A stretch of DNA of 64,000 nucleotides, taken from NCBI RefSeq assembly GCF_001194135.2, contig NC_068997.1:50456583-50520582 (forward strand). The letters run 5' to 3'. Shown here in pieces: positions 12,088-24,848 of the stretch. This stretch comes from Octopus bimaculoides (lineage: Eukaryota). Numbering within the stretch: the stretch's first letter is position 1; each line of letters begins with the position of its first letter. A program made the position numbers and the translations under genes. A model generated the notes under the pieces. The model did no database searches. It was not told the origin of the DNA and saw only the letters and a program-made list of their open reading frames with translations.

Positions 12088-12164
12088 TTTGAAGAGTTCA
12101 AACAATATATGATATAAATGTGATGGTACATAGACCATACGAATGTCTTCTTTTTGGTCTGGCA
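12088..12164 (-). CDS. PDK: PDK coding exon 7
   Basis: 77 nt, phase 1-0, donor GTAAGT. Encodes (V)PDQKEDIRMVYVPSHLYHILFELFK (YVPSHLYH motif and first half of the N-box). Confidence 0.96.
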
Positions 12165-13226
12165 CTAGAGAAAAGAGAAGGAATAAACACAGGTGATATC
12201 ATGTGACCTGACACAAAAGAGTTTGATGAGAAAGGGTACATTTTAAAGTTCTTTTACAAAGTGTGGCAGAAAAACCTCCCAAATTCTGCACAGTGATTGG
12301 TGTGGCGCTAGTGAAGTTAGTCAGGTGATGATGGTGTCTTCCTGTAGCTAATATCTTACTATTTTTTTCGCATTATGATCATAATTTGGAGCAGTGTGTT
12401 TGATGTTGAAGTGTTTATTAACAAAGGTGAATCTGAGATTAATTTTTGCTGCACCTTGTATCCAGGAGTATTCAACTGGAGGAGTCAACAGAGTGTTGGC
12501 CAACTAGCTGAAGGTTCAATGGATCGTCTCTAGTCATGACAGAGACTACAGAATTTGTTTTACTTATGTTTTTCCATGCCAGCATAGGTTAGATAAATAT
12601 ATTGCTGAAGTTTTGTTTTACAGCTGGGTGCCCTCCTTGTCACAAACCCGTATTTGTTTTTCAAGAATGGGATCTCTTATTCCACAAGTCTTCAAAGGAG
12701 TAAAGCCAGTAGAAGAATTGCTGACAAAAGAAATGAAAACAACACCAGTTGCAGCTCAATGNNNNNNNNNNNNNNNNNNNNNNNNNNNNNNNNNNNNNNN
12801 NNNNNNNNNNNNNNNGGGGGGTAAATGTAAACATGTAAACAGACAGGCACATACATGTACATACACACACACACACACTCGCACATATGCATGTGTGCAG
12901 ATGTGGGTATGTGGTTAAGAAGCTTGCTTCCCAACCATATGGTTTCGGTTTCAGTTCCACAGTGTGACACTTTAAACAAGTATCTTCTACTATAGCCCTG
13001 GGTTTCCCAAAGCCTTGTGGGTGGATTTGGTAGATGGAAACTGAAAGAAGCCTGTCACATATGCATGAATGTATACATATGTATGCGAGTGTTACTGTAT
13101 CCTTGCTTTAACATTGTGTGATAGCTGTAAATGAGAGTCACTGTCATAAAAGTGATGTCCTTCATTCCTAATCTTGTGTGGAAACAGGTGCAAGCTGGTT
13201 ACCAGCTGGAAGGGCATCCAGAACAC

Positions 13227-13257
<31 letters not shown>

Positions 13258-13264
13258 AACTTAC

Positions 13265-13348
13265 CTGTGGCATTATGTGTCTTGATTTCCACTTCTGGAG
13301 CATTGAGATAATACTGGTCACAGAGGAACTTGGCATTCTCGTAGGAAT
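13265..13348 (-). CDS. PDK: PDK coding exon 6
   Basis: 84 nt, phase 1-1, donor GTAAGT. Encodes (D)SYENAKFLCDQYYLNAPEVEIKTHNAT(V). Confidence 0.95.
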
Positions 13349-13782
13349 CTACAAGAGAAAAAAATTGGGGGAAAAAAAAAAAAGAATTATACATACTGGT
13401 TTCAAATTTTAGCACAAGGCCAGGAGGTTTGGGGGAGGGGCTGAGTCAATTACATTAACCCCAGTTTTCAACTGGTACTTATTTTATTGACCCCTGAAAG
13501 GATGAAAGGCAAAGTCGACTTTGGTGGAATTTGAACTCAGAATGTAAAGATAGGCCAAAAGTCACAAAGAAATTCCAATTAACTGGAATTGTTAGAGAGT
13601 ATCGAAGATTGCTTATATATAGTGTGTCCTTCTCTTCTTTTAAGATAGCAGAGTGTGACTGCAAGGAGATTTAGCTGGTATTTTGAGTAAGTATGCAGAC
13701 AAACCATTGTGGAGTGACGAAAGGTGATGATGATGATGATGATATTGAAAATGAGACAGAAGGAAGAGCAATGTTAACTTAC

Positions 13783-13869
13783 CTTTGACAACATCTAAAA
13801 CTGCACAGTTGGGGTCAATGCAACCAATGTGACGATTATTCTGGGCAAGCTGAGAGCCAAACAGGAGAG
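13783..13869 (-). CDS. PDK: PDK coding exon 5
   Basis: 87 nt, phase 1-1, donor GTAAGT. Encodes (T)LLFGSQLAQNNRHIGCIDPNCAVLDVVK(D). Confidence 0.95.
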
Positions 13870-14655
13870 CTGAAAGTAAAACAGATGTTTTGAAGGAACA
13901 TATATACATATGTGTGTGTGTGTGTACATGTGTGCATGCATGCATGTATGTGTGTGTGTGTGCGTGTGCGTACATGTGTATGTATGTATATAAATCATTA
14001 GTCTGATATGGCATCTAATGAACAAAAGTTTAGGAAAACTAATTTACAGAAGGAAAAAAAGAAAAATGAGGGAAAACACACACACACACACACATAAATG
14101 CAAACACAGATATACACACATATAAACCTATACATACACATAATATATACATACACTTTTGCATGATTGTACACATACACACACACATGTATAAATAAAT
14201 ATACATTGTCAAACACATATCCACATGTTTGTGTGCATGTGTGTATATGTGCATGTCTGTGTGTATGTGTGCATGCGTGTGTATGTATATTTGTAAACAA
14301 AGGCGACTGTCATACAAGCAGTGTCCTTTGTTTCCAGTCTCTTGACGAAAACATGTCTGGCCATGGAGAAATACTACCTTGCCTGGAAACAGGTGAGGGT
14401 TGGTGACAGAAAGGGCATCCAGCCATAGAAAATCTGCTCCAATGAATCTTGTGTGACCCATTCAAGCATGGAAAGGTCAATGTGAAAATGGTGATAAGAG
14501 AGAGAGAGAAAGAAAGAGAGAGTGTGTGTATGGATGCATGCAAGAGTGTATATAAATGGATGTGCACACATGGGTGAGAAAGAGAGGGAAGAGAAGAAGA
14601 GAGAGAGAGAAAGTGTATGCATGTAACGACCAAGAGGTGCCTGGGGTTTACTCAC

Positions 14656-14776
14656 TGTGTTGGTTGATAAGCATTCTTATACTGATTCTGCTCATGTAGA
14701 ACCGGTCCAAGAAGTACTGGATGCGAGTCTCAGTGTTGCTGTCGATGCCATGGGAGTCCTTCAGTTCTATGACACC
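14656..14776 (-). CDS. PDK: PDK coding exon 4b
   Basis: 121 nt, phase 0-1, donor GTGAGT. Encodes [40 protein letters not shown](T); [17 protein letters not shown] is highly conserved in PDKs. Confidence 0.97.
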
Positions 14777-15146
14777 CTGAAATGGAAACAATTGCTACCC
14801 TGAATTCATACCCCATAGTCGGAAGGATATGGAGAAGGAGAAGGGAGTAGGGGGGTGGGAGTTTACAAAATAACTGGAGAAAGAAAGAGGAGGAGGTGAG
14901 CGAGGTTGGGTGGGGGTGGGGACAATATGTCAGAATTAATCCTAAGAATAGAGGTAAATACTATTAAGAAACCCCAATAATGACCCCCCACTCCTCTACC
15001 TAAATAACTAAGGAATTAGTTGAGAGAAGAAAGAGAGGAAAGATAAAAGAGAAAGGAAGTATGGGAGAAGAATGTAAAGGAAATAAACAATTGGTCAGGT
15101 TTTGGTGCACACTTTACCTCCTGTTAAGGTACTTTAAACCCTAATT

Positions 15147-15373
15147 CAGTGATTCTCAACCGGGGCCCCATATAATGTTTTGTTGTTAAAGTTTACATGT
15201 AATAAATCGGTCCTATTTTGAAAATACACAAATTATTTTCACAATTTCTTAAATACAATTCCTTATAATATTTAACTATAAAAATATAAAAGAATTTTTT
15301 TAAACATGGAGGTCCAGTAGGGGAAAATAAGAATGAAAGGGGTCCCTGAGCAAAAAATGGTTGAGGACCAGTG
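15147..15373. mobile_element. hAT (Charlie/Buster-like) MITE
   Basis: TIRs CAGTGATTCTCAACC ... GGTTGAGGACCAGTG with a perfect 8-bp TSD CCCTAATT (15139-15146 and 15374-15381). Confidence 0.85.
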
Positions 15374-16434
15374 CCCTAATTGATTCATTACCGAAACCTG
15401 ATCAATCAGGAGGTAAACTTCTTTGAGTACCTCACTGGAAGGTAAGCTATTTTAGAGTACCTTGTCAGGAGGTAAACTTTAGAATATTTCAAAGGGAGTG
15501 TTTAGAGTACCTTAAAGGGAGGCAAACTGTTAGAAACTAGGCTAATTTCTGCTAAAGCCAGGGATTAGTGGAGTGGAGAGGGTCAGTATTATGGGGAATG
15601 CATTGGAATAGATCTGTGAAATTCTATCAAGAACAGACATATAGGTATTGAACAAATCTAATAAGAATTAGTAAAGAGAAAGGAGGGTAATGTTATCTAA
15701 TCAATTTGACTACCTGTACAGACAGGTAAAACAATTCTGGCAACAAACAATTGTTCATAGATACTGCTTTCTCCCTCTCTCTCACTCATGATACATGCAT
15801 GCACACACACACACGCGCGCGTGCACCTGAGAATTACATTAAGGGTACACGTGGGTGTGGAATGCTTCGGTCACGGACACGTTACTTCAGGAGCAAGTAA
15901 ATCAGTTAATTAAATAACTTACTCCCCGTCATTGAATGATGGAGGCTCACCACCATCATACCCCACCTCCCATCTGCTGCAAATTCTTACGTCAGTGCTT
16001 CATAGGGGTACAACAGGGGGCAATGGTTGTTCAATAGCTATAGTAGCAGGAGTGTATGCCTGGCAGGTCCAAATGAGCTACAAAGATACCAGACAACTGA
16101 CCCTTGAAGAGGACTGCCTCACTGAACCAAGCACAGAGTCTGTTTGCTCTAAGTTGGAAGCCAGCTGAACAAAAGAGATGAAAAAGGGCCTGTCAATCAA
16201 GCCAGTGGGGTGGAGTCACCTTAAAAGCGAAAACAATGTGAGGAAATGGGATCAACAGTGTATAACAGCATGTGATGGTCTGGTTGATACCAGGATACGG
16301 TGTCAGTCGCCATATTCCATTGCATAACAGTGAACTCCAATTGTCTGTTGTGGCAAGTTTTCTATGGCTGGATGCCCTTCCTAATGTCAACCACTTAACA
16401 GAGTGTATTGGGTGCTTTTCACATGCCATTGATA

Positions 16435-16486
<52 letters not shown>

Positions 16487-16906
16487 NNNNNNNNNNNNNN
16501 NNNNNNNNNNNNNNNNNNNNNNNNNNNNNNNNNNNNNNNNNNNNNNNNNNNNNNNNNNNNNNNNNNNNNNNNNNNNNNNNNNNNNNNNNNNNNNNNNNNN
16601 NNNNNNNNNNNNNNNNNNNNNNNNNNNNNNNNNNNNNNNNNNNNNNNNNNNNNNNNNNNNNNNNNNNNNNNNNNNNNNNNNNNNNNNNNNNNNNNNNNNN
16701 NNNNNNNNNNNNNNNNNNNNNNNTCCATGGCCCTTATTTGAAACAACCAATCAGACGAATCCATGTGTTTTAAATTTAAAATTTTATATTACTTTCGATT
16801 GCATCGTTATCCTTCCTCCATTTCTAACAAAACTGTCCGATGAACGGGAACGTGAAACTCAGAGTAACGGTTTTTTTGTTATATTTCTGCTGCTTTTAAA
16901 TAAAGC

Positions 16907-16942
<36 letters not shown>

Positions 16943-18444
16943 ATGTGTGTGTGTGTGTGTATATATATATATCTATTAGTTTTGTGTGCTCATTGGAATT
17001 TCAAAGGCAGTCTCTCTGTTCTGGAGGAACTTAATACAAGTGTTCCAAAGTAACCTTTAACACTGATGAGATACCAGTGTGGTGAAGAATTCAATCCCAG
17101 AATGCAAAGAACCAGAATTGATACTCCAAAACATTTCATATCAGAACGCCCTAACAATCCTGCCACTCTGTCATCATTGGTACTTTTACTTATTTATTGA
17201 CCTTGAAAGAATGAAATGAGAGTTGAACTTGCCACAGGGCATTCTAACCAATATTTGTAAGGACTACCAATTCACTGCTTTTCTTATACACACACACATT
17301 TTTTACTGTATAATTACAAAAACACAGTTGGTGCTTGACAACAACTCAAGTTTCCTGTTCAAGCAACAAACAGTATTTCAATTATTTTTGGATAAAACCA
17401 AAGCCTAATTTCGTTGTTTAATCATCAGGCTGTGTTGGTGAATATCGCAGAATATTCTAGCCATAACTAATCCATCTTTCCATGCAGTTTGTCTTACACT
17501 GCATTATCCAATGTTCCCATCCTTTAAAAATATGGTATGCTAGATGTAATTTGAAACATGACTGCTATTTATAGCAGGTCAAGACAAAGCAAATTCTCTC
17601 ACTGATTCCAATTACAGTCTATCTTTTATTACATTTATATGGCCCACCTACCTACTGAGACACTTTGTGTAACATCAAGTGATTATATAATGATGTGTGT
17701 ATAGAGTTATTCGTTCATGAAAGTCACTCATCAGTATAGGGTTACTCTCAACAATCAGCTTGTCCTTAATGTCATGGTAGAAGTAACTTGAATACATGCC
17801 ATTGTAGATAAACACATTAGGTGCAAGCATAGCTGTGTGGCTAACATACTTAAGATGCGACCATGGGTTCTAGGCTTCAGCCCCAATGTGTGGTTCCTTG
17901 GGCATGTGTCTTCCACTATAGCCCAACTAAAGCCTTGTGAGTGGGTTTGGTAGACGCAAAATGGATGGAGACTGTCTATGTGTGTGTGCTTGTGCGTGCG
18001 TGTGTCCCCTCTCCCGCTGCGTGATAACTGTTGTTGATATTTGTTTATGCTCCTTTAACTTAGAAGCTTAGCAAAAAAGACTAACAGAATCAGCATCAGA
18101 CTTTTAAAAATAAGTGCCTGGGTTGATTTGTTTGACTAAATCTTTCAAGGTGGTGGCCTAATATAGCTGAAAGAAGTGAGATATATAAATGTTAATAGGT
18201 CTGCATTGGTATCTAACAGCAGTTGAGAGAAGGACTAGCAAACCAAATCAAGATGATAAAGCAACAATGGGAAGTTTTTTTGGTTTTTTTCCACTGTAAA
18301 GTACATCTGATCAGATTTATCTACCACTGAGTTTATCAAACTGCCCACAAAGCATCTACAAAAAGAACCAAATCCACATTGATAAGTTAATCCATCTTAG
18401 AGTCACCTTATCTTTTCAAATGTTAATCCTTCAACAATTCACAA

Positions 18445-18445
18445 G

Positions 18446-18483
<38 letters not shown>

Positions 18484-18505
18484 AACACATATATGTGTAT
18501 ATATA

Positions 18506-18552
<47 letters not shown>

Positions 18553-18614
18553 ACATGTATATACACATACACATGTATATACACATATATATATATACAC
18601 ATATATACTTATAC

Positions 18615-18646
<32 letters not shown>

Positions 18647-18710
18647 GCATACATACATACATATACAAAAACATATATACATATACACATATTTATACAT
18701 ACACACACAC

Positions 18711-18749
<39 letters not shown>

Positions 18750-18770
18750 CACATACATACATACATAACA
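18445..18770. repeat. Long compound (TA)/(CA)/(TACA) microsatellite
   Basis: ~325 bp of almost pure RY dinucleotide repeat. It is one of many such tracts; most N-gaps have a (TA)n or (TG)n tract on at least one side. Confidence 0.95.
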
Positions 18771-18854
18771 AATGAAAGACAGAAGATGGAATAGACGAGA
18801 ATACATTATTAATCACGACAATTGTTTTGACACATCTTGCATCATTCCTCTTGG

Positions 18855-18898
<44 letters not shown>

Positions 18899-19196
18899 NN
18901 NNNNNNNNNNNNNNNNNNNNNNNNNNNNNNNNNNNNNNNNNNNNNNNNNNNNNNNNNNNNNNNNNNNNNNNNNNNNNNNNNNNNNNNNNNNNNNNNNNNN
19001 NNNNNNNNNNNNNNNNNNNNAATCCCACCCACACACTCACCCACAAAACATATTTAAAGAGACTGGTCCCTATTTTACATTTGATGCACTAGACAAGTTA
19101 ATGCTCCCACAAACTACAAGAATATATGGGTGGCGGATGTGGCGGTGGATTCAATGACTAATTCTAGGTTCCATAGTTTTAAATAGACAAGTGCAG

Positions 19197-19388
19197 GTGG
19201 CACGTAAAAGCACCCACTACACTCTCAGAGTGGTTGGCGTTAGGAAGGGCATCCAGCTGTAGAAACTTTGCCAGATCAGATTGGAGCCTGGTGTAGCCAT
19301 CTGGTTTCACCAGCCCTCAGTCAAATCATCCAACCCATGCTAGCATGGAAAGCGGACGTTAAACGACAATAATGATGATGATGATGAA
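19197..19388 (+). mobile_element. RTE LINE 3' tail (5'-truncated)
   Basis: GTGGCACGTAAAAGCACCCACTACACTC...GCATGGAAAGCGGACGTTAAACGA...(GAT)n. Similar copies at 33560-33770 (+), 53125-53326 (-) and 34400-34620 (-). Confidence 0.8.
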
Positions 19389-20350
19389 GTGGTAGATATC
19401 TGAAGTGGGATATGTTGCTAGGCTACTTCAGTGAACTTTCTTCCAACAGTTTGATATATTTCATCAAGTCATTTCACAGCCAAATAAATCGAGACAAATT
19501 ACAATAAATCGAGACAAATTACAATAAATCTTCAAAGATTCAAATAAAAAGCATATGTAAAACAAAACAAAACATTATCGTTCAGATTAAAAAGATAAAT
19601 GAACAAACAGATTGGCTGAGCAGATAAACTTCTAACTGGACTGGGACCGTAAGTCTATGTTTATCTAGGAAAAAGAAGTTTCTAGAGAACAGCTTGGCTG
19701 GTACTTATTTCTGACAGCTTTGTGAAACTGAGGCAACGTAAAATTACTTTTAATGAATCATAGAAAAAAAAACAAAATAATAATAATAACAACAACAGCA
19801 AGAACAACAGCAGCTAACTTTGGCAAAAAGATCTCGAAATAGACTGAAATGAAGAGGAATGACCTTAATTTCAGCATGAGTAAAACCAAAAGCTGCTTCA
19901 GATAACCTTCAAATGTTGCTGCTGTCCTGTGAAGGGGGTTGTAGGTAAGGGTTAGTGATGGTGGGGGAGGTTTGAGAGAAATATTGATCTTGGTCGATAG
20001 CCATCTTGTATTGATTAAACTACACACACACACACACAACAACAACAACAACAACAGGTAGACCTTGTTTTAAAATAGATAAATAATCTGACATGAATCG
20101 CAGAAATGCAATAAAAACTTTTTCATTAGAAACACCTTTTGAATCTAACATTTCCTCCACCGGACTAACCGTAAGTGCTGAGAAGATAACCACTGCGCGT
20201 GTGTGTGTGTGCGTGTGTTTGTGTGTGTGTGTGTGGATTGAGATGAATGGCATCGTGCCAGACGAAATGCATTTACAATGTTTATTTGTGTCCCACATCT
20301 CTGGTTCAAAATCCAGCAGTGCATGTGTCCTTCCTATTTCTTTTTTTGGC

Positions 20351-20750
20351 GGCTGTGTGGTAAGTAGCTTGCTTACCAACCACATGGTCCTGGGTTCAGT
20401 CCCACTGCGTGGCACCTTGGGCAAGTGTCTTCTACTATAGCCTCGGGCCGACCAAAGCCTTGTGAGTGGATTTGGTAGACGGAAACTGAAAGAAGCCTGT
20501 TGTATATATGTATATATATATATATATGTATGTATGTGTGTTTGTGTGTCTGTGTTTGTCCTCCCCACCATCATTTGACAACCGATGCTGGTGTGTTTAC
20601 GTCTCCGTAACTTAGCAGTTCGGCAAAAAGAGACCGATAGAACAAGTACTAGGCTTACAAAGAATAAGTCCTGGGGTCGATTTTCTCGACTAAAGGCGGT
20701 GCTCCAGCATGGCCGCAGTCAAATGACTGAAACAAGTAAAAGAGTAAAGA
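20351..20750 (+). mobile_element. tRNA-derived SINE family A, near full length
   Basis: A-box-like GGCTGTGTGGT, B-box-like GGTTCAGTCC, CCTTGGGCAAGT motif, central (TA/TG)n and 3' end ...TGACTGAAACAAGTAAAAGAG. Confidence 0.88.
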
Positions 20751-20814
20751 CAATAGGAGGTGTTTTGAGGTAAATTTGGTTGTTGCTTCTAGCAGATCAA
20801 ATGACTGCTGAGAG

Positions 20815-20992
20815 CAGGCCTGACCAACTTGGATTACATTGTGGGCCACTTTAATCACAGAAAGTTCTTTATTTTGAGACAAATGTTTCACACAAACAAT
20901 TTTATTTTGAAATTAACAATACTTCAAGAAAGTATCAAGCAGGCTGCAAGATAAAAGTCTGCGGGCTGCAGGCCTCAGGTTGGTCAGCCCTG
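20815..20992. mobile_element. hAT MITE (second family)
   Basis: TIRs CAGGCCTGACCAAC ... GTTGGTCAGCCCTG. 8-bp TSD GCTGAGAG/GCTTAGAG (7/8). Confidence 0.75.
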
Positions 20993-21000
20993 GCTTAGAG

Positions 21001-21656
21001 CATTGGTTCTCAACAGGGGTCAATATAGGATTTTGTTGTTAAAGTTCATGTGCAATAAATTGGCTACACTTCTGACAATACACAAAATTTTTTAACAATT
21101 TTTCGTACAATTTGTAATAATATTTAATATATACTCTTTTTACTCTTTTACTTGTTTCAGTCATTTGACTGCGGCCATGCTGAAGCACCGCCTTTAGTCA
21201 AGAAAATCGACCCCAGGACTTATTCTTTGTAAGCCTAGTACTTATTCTATTGGTCTCTTTTTGCCGAATTGCTAAGTTACGGGGACGTAAACACACCAGC
21301 ATCGGTTGTCAAGCGATGGTGAGGGGACAAACACAGACACACAAACACACATACATATATATGCTGAGCATCTTTCAGTTTCCGTCTACCAAATCCACTC
21401 ACAAGGCTTTGGTTGGCCTGAGGCTAAAGTAGAAGACACTTGCCCAAGGTGCCATGCAGTGGGACTGAACCCAGAACCATGTAGTTGGTAAGCAAGCTAC
21501 TTACCACACAGCCACTTGTATTGATTAAACTACACATACACACACATATAAAAATGTAATGGGAATTTTTTAAACATTGAATAGCTATGAGGGTCCGCCC
21601 AAGTAAAATAGGAATCAAAAAGGAGACCATAGTCAAAAAATGGTTGCGAACCACTA
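21001..21656. mobile_element. hAT MITE (same family as 15147-15373) interrupted by a SINE
   Basis: Termini CATTGGTTCTCAAC ... GGTTGCGAACCACTA; the interior aligns with the 15147 copy on both sides of the SINE. Confidence 0.7.
21132..21515 (-). mobile_element. tRNA-derived SINE family A, near full length
   Basis: Reverse complement of the 20351-20750 copy along essentially its whole length. Confidence 0.88.
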
Positions 21657-22104
21657 GCTTTGGAGTTCCCAGGGGTGACAGAAATAGTGTTGTGTTAGAT
21701 GAAATGTATTTGCAATGTTTATTTATGTCTCACAACACCTCTGGTTCAAAGTCCTGCAGTGCCGTGTACTTCACTTCCTCCTTTATATTTTGTCAAAGAC
21801 AGTAGGAGGTGATTCAAAACAAATTTGGCTGTTATTTCTAGCATACCAAATGACTACATAGAGGCTCCCTATTTTGGCTTGAGGTCAGCAAAGTTTTAGT
21901 ATTTGGTTCATGAGAGAGAGAAAAAAATCAATACGAATAGAACTAGTTTTGATAAATCATGGAAACAAACAGTGAAAGCCAACTGTTATTTCCCTAAAAG
22001 TAAACAAGTCGTTATCAGAACGAAGAGATTTATTTCACAAGTTGTAAGCAGAAAACCTGATTCAACAATGCATTTTAGTTTTATAAAGACTGTTAACCGG
22101 TTTG

Positions 22105-22590
22105 TTACAATGCTTCTGCTGAAATACACTGCTTTTGTTTCAATTAATTTTGAAAATTTATTGAAATATTTTTGTCGTTATTAACCTGGTATTTAGAACA
22201 TAAATTAGCATGGAATTTGATGGAAGCTTTTAATTCAGATCAAGTCTATCTCAAATCTTTTGTTACTATATTCTATTGAAATACACTGGCTTTCTTTCAG
22301 CTAATTTCAAAAATAACAAAGAATTTATTGAAATAACTCTATAGCAATTAAGCTGATATTTGAAACATAAATTAACCTGGAATTTGGAAGGAAGTTTTTT
22401 AATGTAGATCACTTTAGCTCTTTTGTTACTATATCTATAATAAAATACACTACTTTTTTCTTTCAATTAATTTTGAAAATAATGAAGAATTTACCGAAAT
22501 AACTTTGTCCTTATTAACCTGGTGTTTAGAACATAAATTAATATGAAACTTTGATGAAAGATATTAATTTACATCGCTTGGTTATCCAGT
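22105..22590. repeat. Three tandem degenerate ~150-160-bp AT-rich units
   Basis: Recurring TTGAAATACACT...CAATTAATTTTGAAAAT...ATTAACCTGG...AACATAAATTA...TTTGATGGAAG. Related units at 56480-56830. Confidence 0.65.
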
Positions 22591-22795
22591 ATAAAGTGAT
22601 TTAAATGAAAATGTGATGAAGCCTGTTATAGCTCATGGCTGTGTGGTTTGAGAAGCTTGGTTTGCAACCACAAGGCTTCAGGTTCAGTCCCACTGTGCAG
22701 TACCTTGGGCAAGTGTTTTTCTACTTTATTTTAGCCCTAGGCTGACCAATGTCTTGTGAGTGATTTGATACATGGAAATTCTATAGAAACCCTTT

Positions 22796-22830
<35 letters not shown>

Positions 22831-23324
22831 CTATTTGTACTTGTTCCCTCCCCCCACACCACCACTTGACAACAGGTGCTGGACCAAATTGAATAAGAAC
22901 CAGACTTTAAGAAAATAAGTACTGGAGTTGATTTGTCTGACTAAAACTCTTCAGGGTGGGGGTCCCAGAAAGGCTGCAGTCCAATGACTGAAACAAGTAA
23001 AAAATAAAAATATGTATGTGCATGTGCGGGTGCTTACGTGAGTGAGTTTACATTCTCCATGCCCTCCCCCTATCCTCGTGTGTGTTCACTGACTGTAAAC
23101 AGCTTCACTGTCGGCACAGGCGATGTTCTCTGCATACAGTGAACAGCAAAAACATGTCTGGGGTCTTTTTGACATGTTATGTAGTCTTTGTAAACAAAAG
23201 GCTCGATGGTTTGCTTCCAGTTTACTGGACTGTTTGTTGTTTGATAGAAGAGCATCCAGCAATAGATAAACCTGCCTCAATGAATTTCATCTGACCCATA
23301 CAGGCATGGAAAAGTAGATGTTAA

Positions 23325-23355
<31 letters not shown>

Positions 23356-24338
23356 CGGCGGTGGCAATGATAATAATGATGATGATGATGATGATGATGA
23401 TGACGATGAGGATAATGATGATAAGCATGGAAAAGTGGAATTTCACCTGAAGATTGCAGTCGCATGAAACTCGAGCCACAAGGCTCTCAGCTTCAGTCTA
23501 AAAAAAAAAACTTCGCAGACACACGCACACAAACACACACCAGACTTCTTTCGATTTAAATAATGATAGAGATGATGAAGACTTCATTATATAAGTACAT
23601 TATAGTTCATTATATAATTATTATGTCATTAAACAATATTTTATAATTATCACATTATATAACATAATATAATAATTACATTCACAGAACATTATTAGTT
23701 CAGTAGCAATAAACCCTAAGCTAATTAATGTGGTCTAATTAGTTCATATAACGATGAATCATATATTAGTGTAGTTCTAATTAACCATTAATTAAAAAAA
23801 GATGTTAGTTTTACAAGAGATTAGCAGCAGTGCTTCATTCATTGTTACACCCTAACATACCCCGGTGGATGTATATTGCCATCTGTTTAAAGACTACCCC
23901 TGTAACTCTGTAGAAGGTGTTTAACCCTAGGTCTGTTTGGATCTAGCAAACCTGTTGTCAAAGACATTCCGGCCATGACTAACCTGTGTTATTTTTCCCA
24001 ACATAAAGCATCTTGGGCTACATCGTTTAATGTATGTTTCCATGTTCCTTGACTCTGTATCCATTTCAATTTGTACTCTTATATACTTTTTGCCCACATC
24101 CAAGCAAAAACAGGCTAAATTATTAGGGGAAAGAATCGCATAAAATCAGAATAAACATAAAACTAAAAACTGATATTTGCAATGCATTCAATATGCATGT
24201 TTCAAATAGTTATGCCTGATAACACTTACATAGTACTATCTTCTTCAGGTAGTATTATGCAAGGGTAGCTACAAGAAACATGTACATTAAATACATTCAA
24301 AATACCAACCTTTGGTTTTGTATTTATTGTGAGATATC

Positions 24339-24370
<32 letters not shown>

Positions 24371-24848
24371 ATGTATAAATATATATATATANNNNNNNNN
24401 NNNNNNNNNNNNNNNNNNNNNNNNNNNNNNNNNNNNNNNNNNNNNNNNNNNNNNNNNNNNNNNNNNNNNNNNNNNNNNNNNNNNNNNNNNNNNNNNNNNN
24501 NNNNNNNNNNNNNNNNNNNNNNNNNNNNNNNNNNNNNNNNNNNNNNNNNNNNNNNNNNNNNNNNNNNNNNNNNNNNNNNNNNNNNNNNNNNNNNNNNNNN
24601 NNNNNNNNNNNNNNNNNNNNNNNNNNNNNNNNNNNNNNNNNNNNNNNNNNNNNNNNNNNNNNNNNNNNNNNNNNNNNNNNNNNNNNNNNNNNNNNNNNNN
24701 NNNNNNNNNNNNNNNNNNNNNNNNNNNNNNNNNNNNNNNNNNNNNNNNNNNNNNNNNNNNNNNNNNNNNNNNNNNNNNNNNNNNNNNNNNNNNNNNNNNN
24801 NNNNNNNNNNNNNNNNNNNNNNNNNNNNNNNNNNNNNNNNNNNNNNNN

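Noticed and set aside
18420-19157. Numerous YI/HT/CV-rich and X-containing ORFs here and throughout the ORF track
   Set aside because: They are translations of (TA)n, (CA)n and (TG)n microsatellites and N-gaps.
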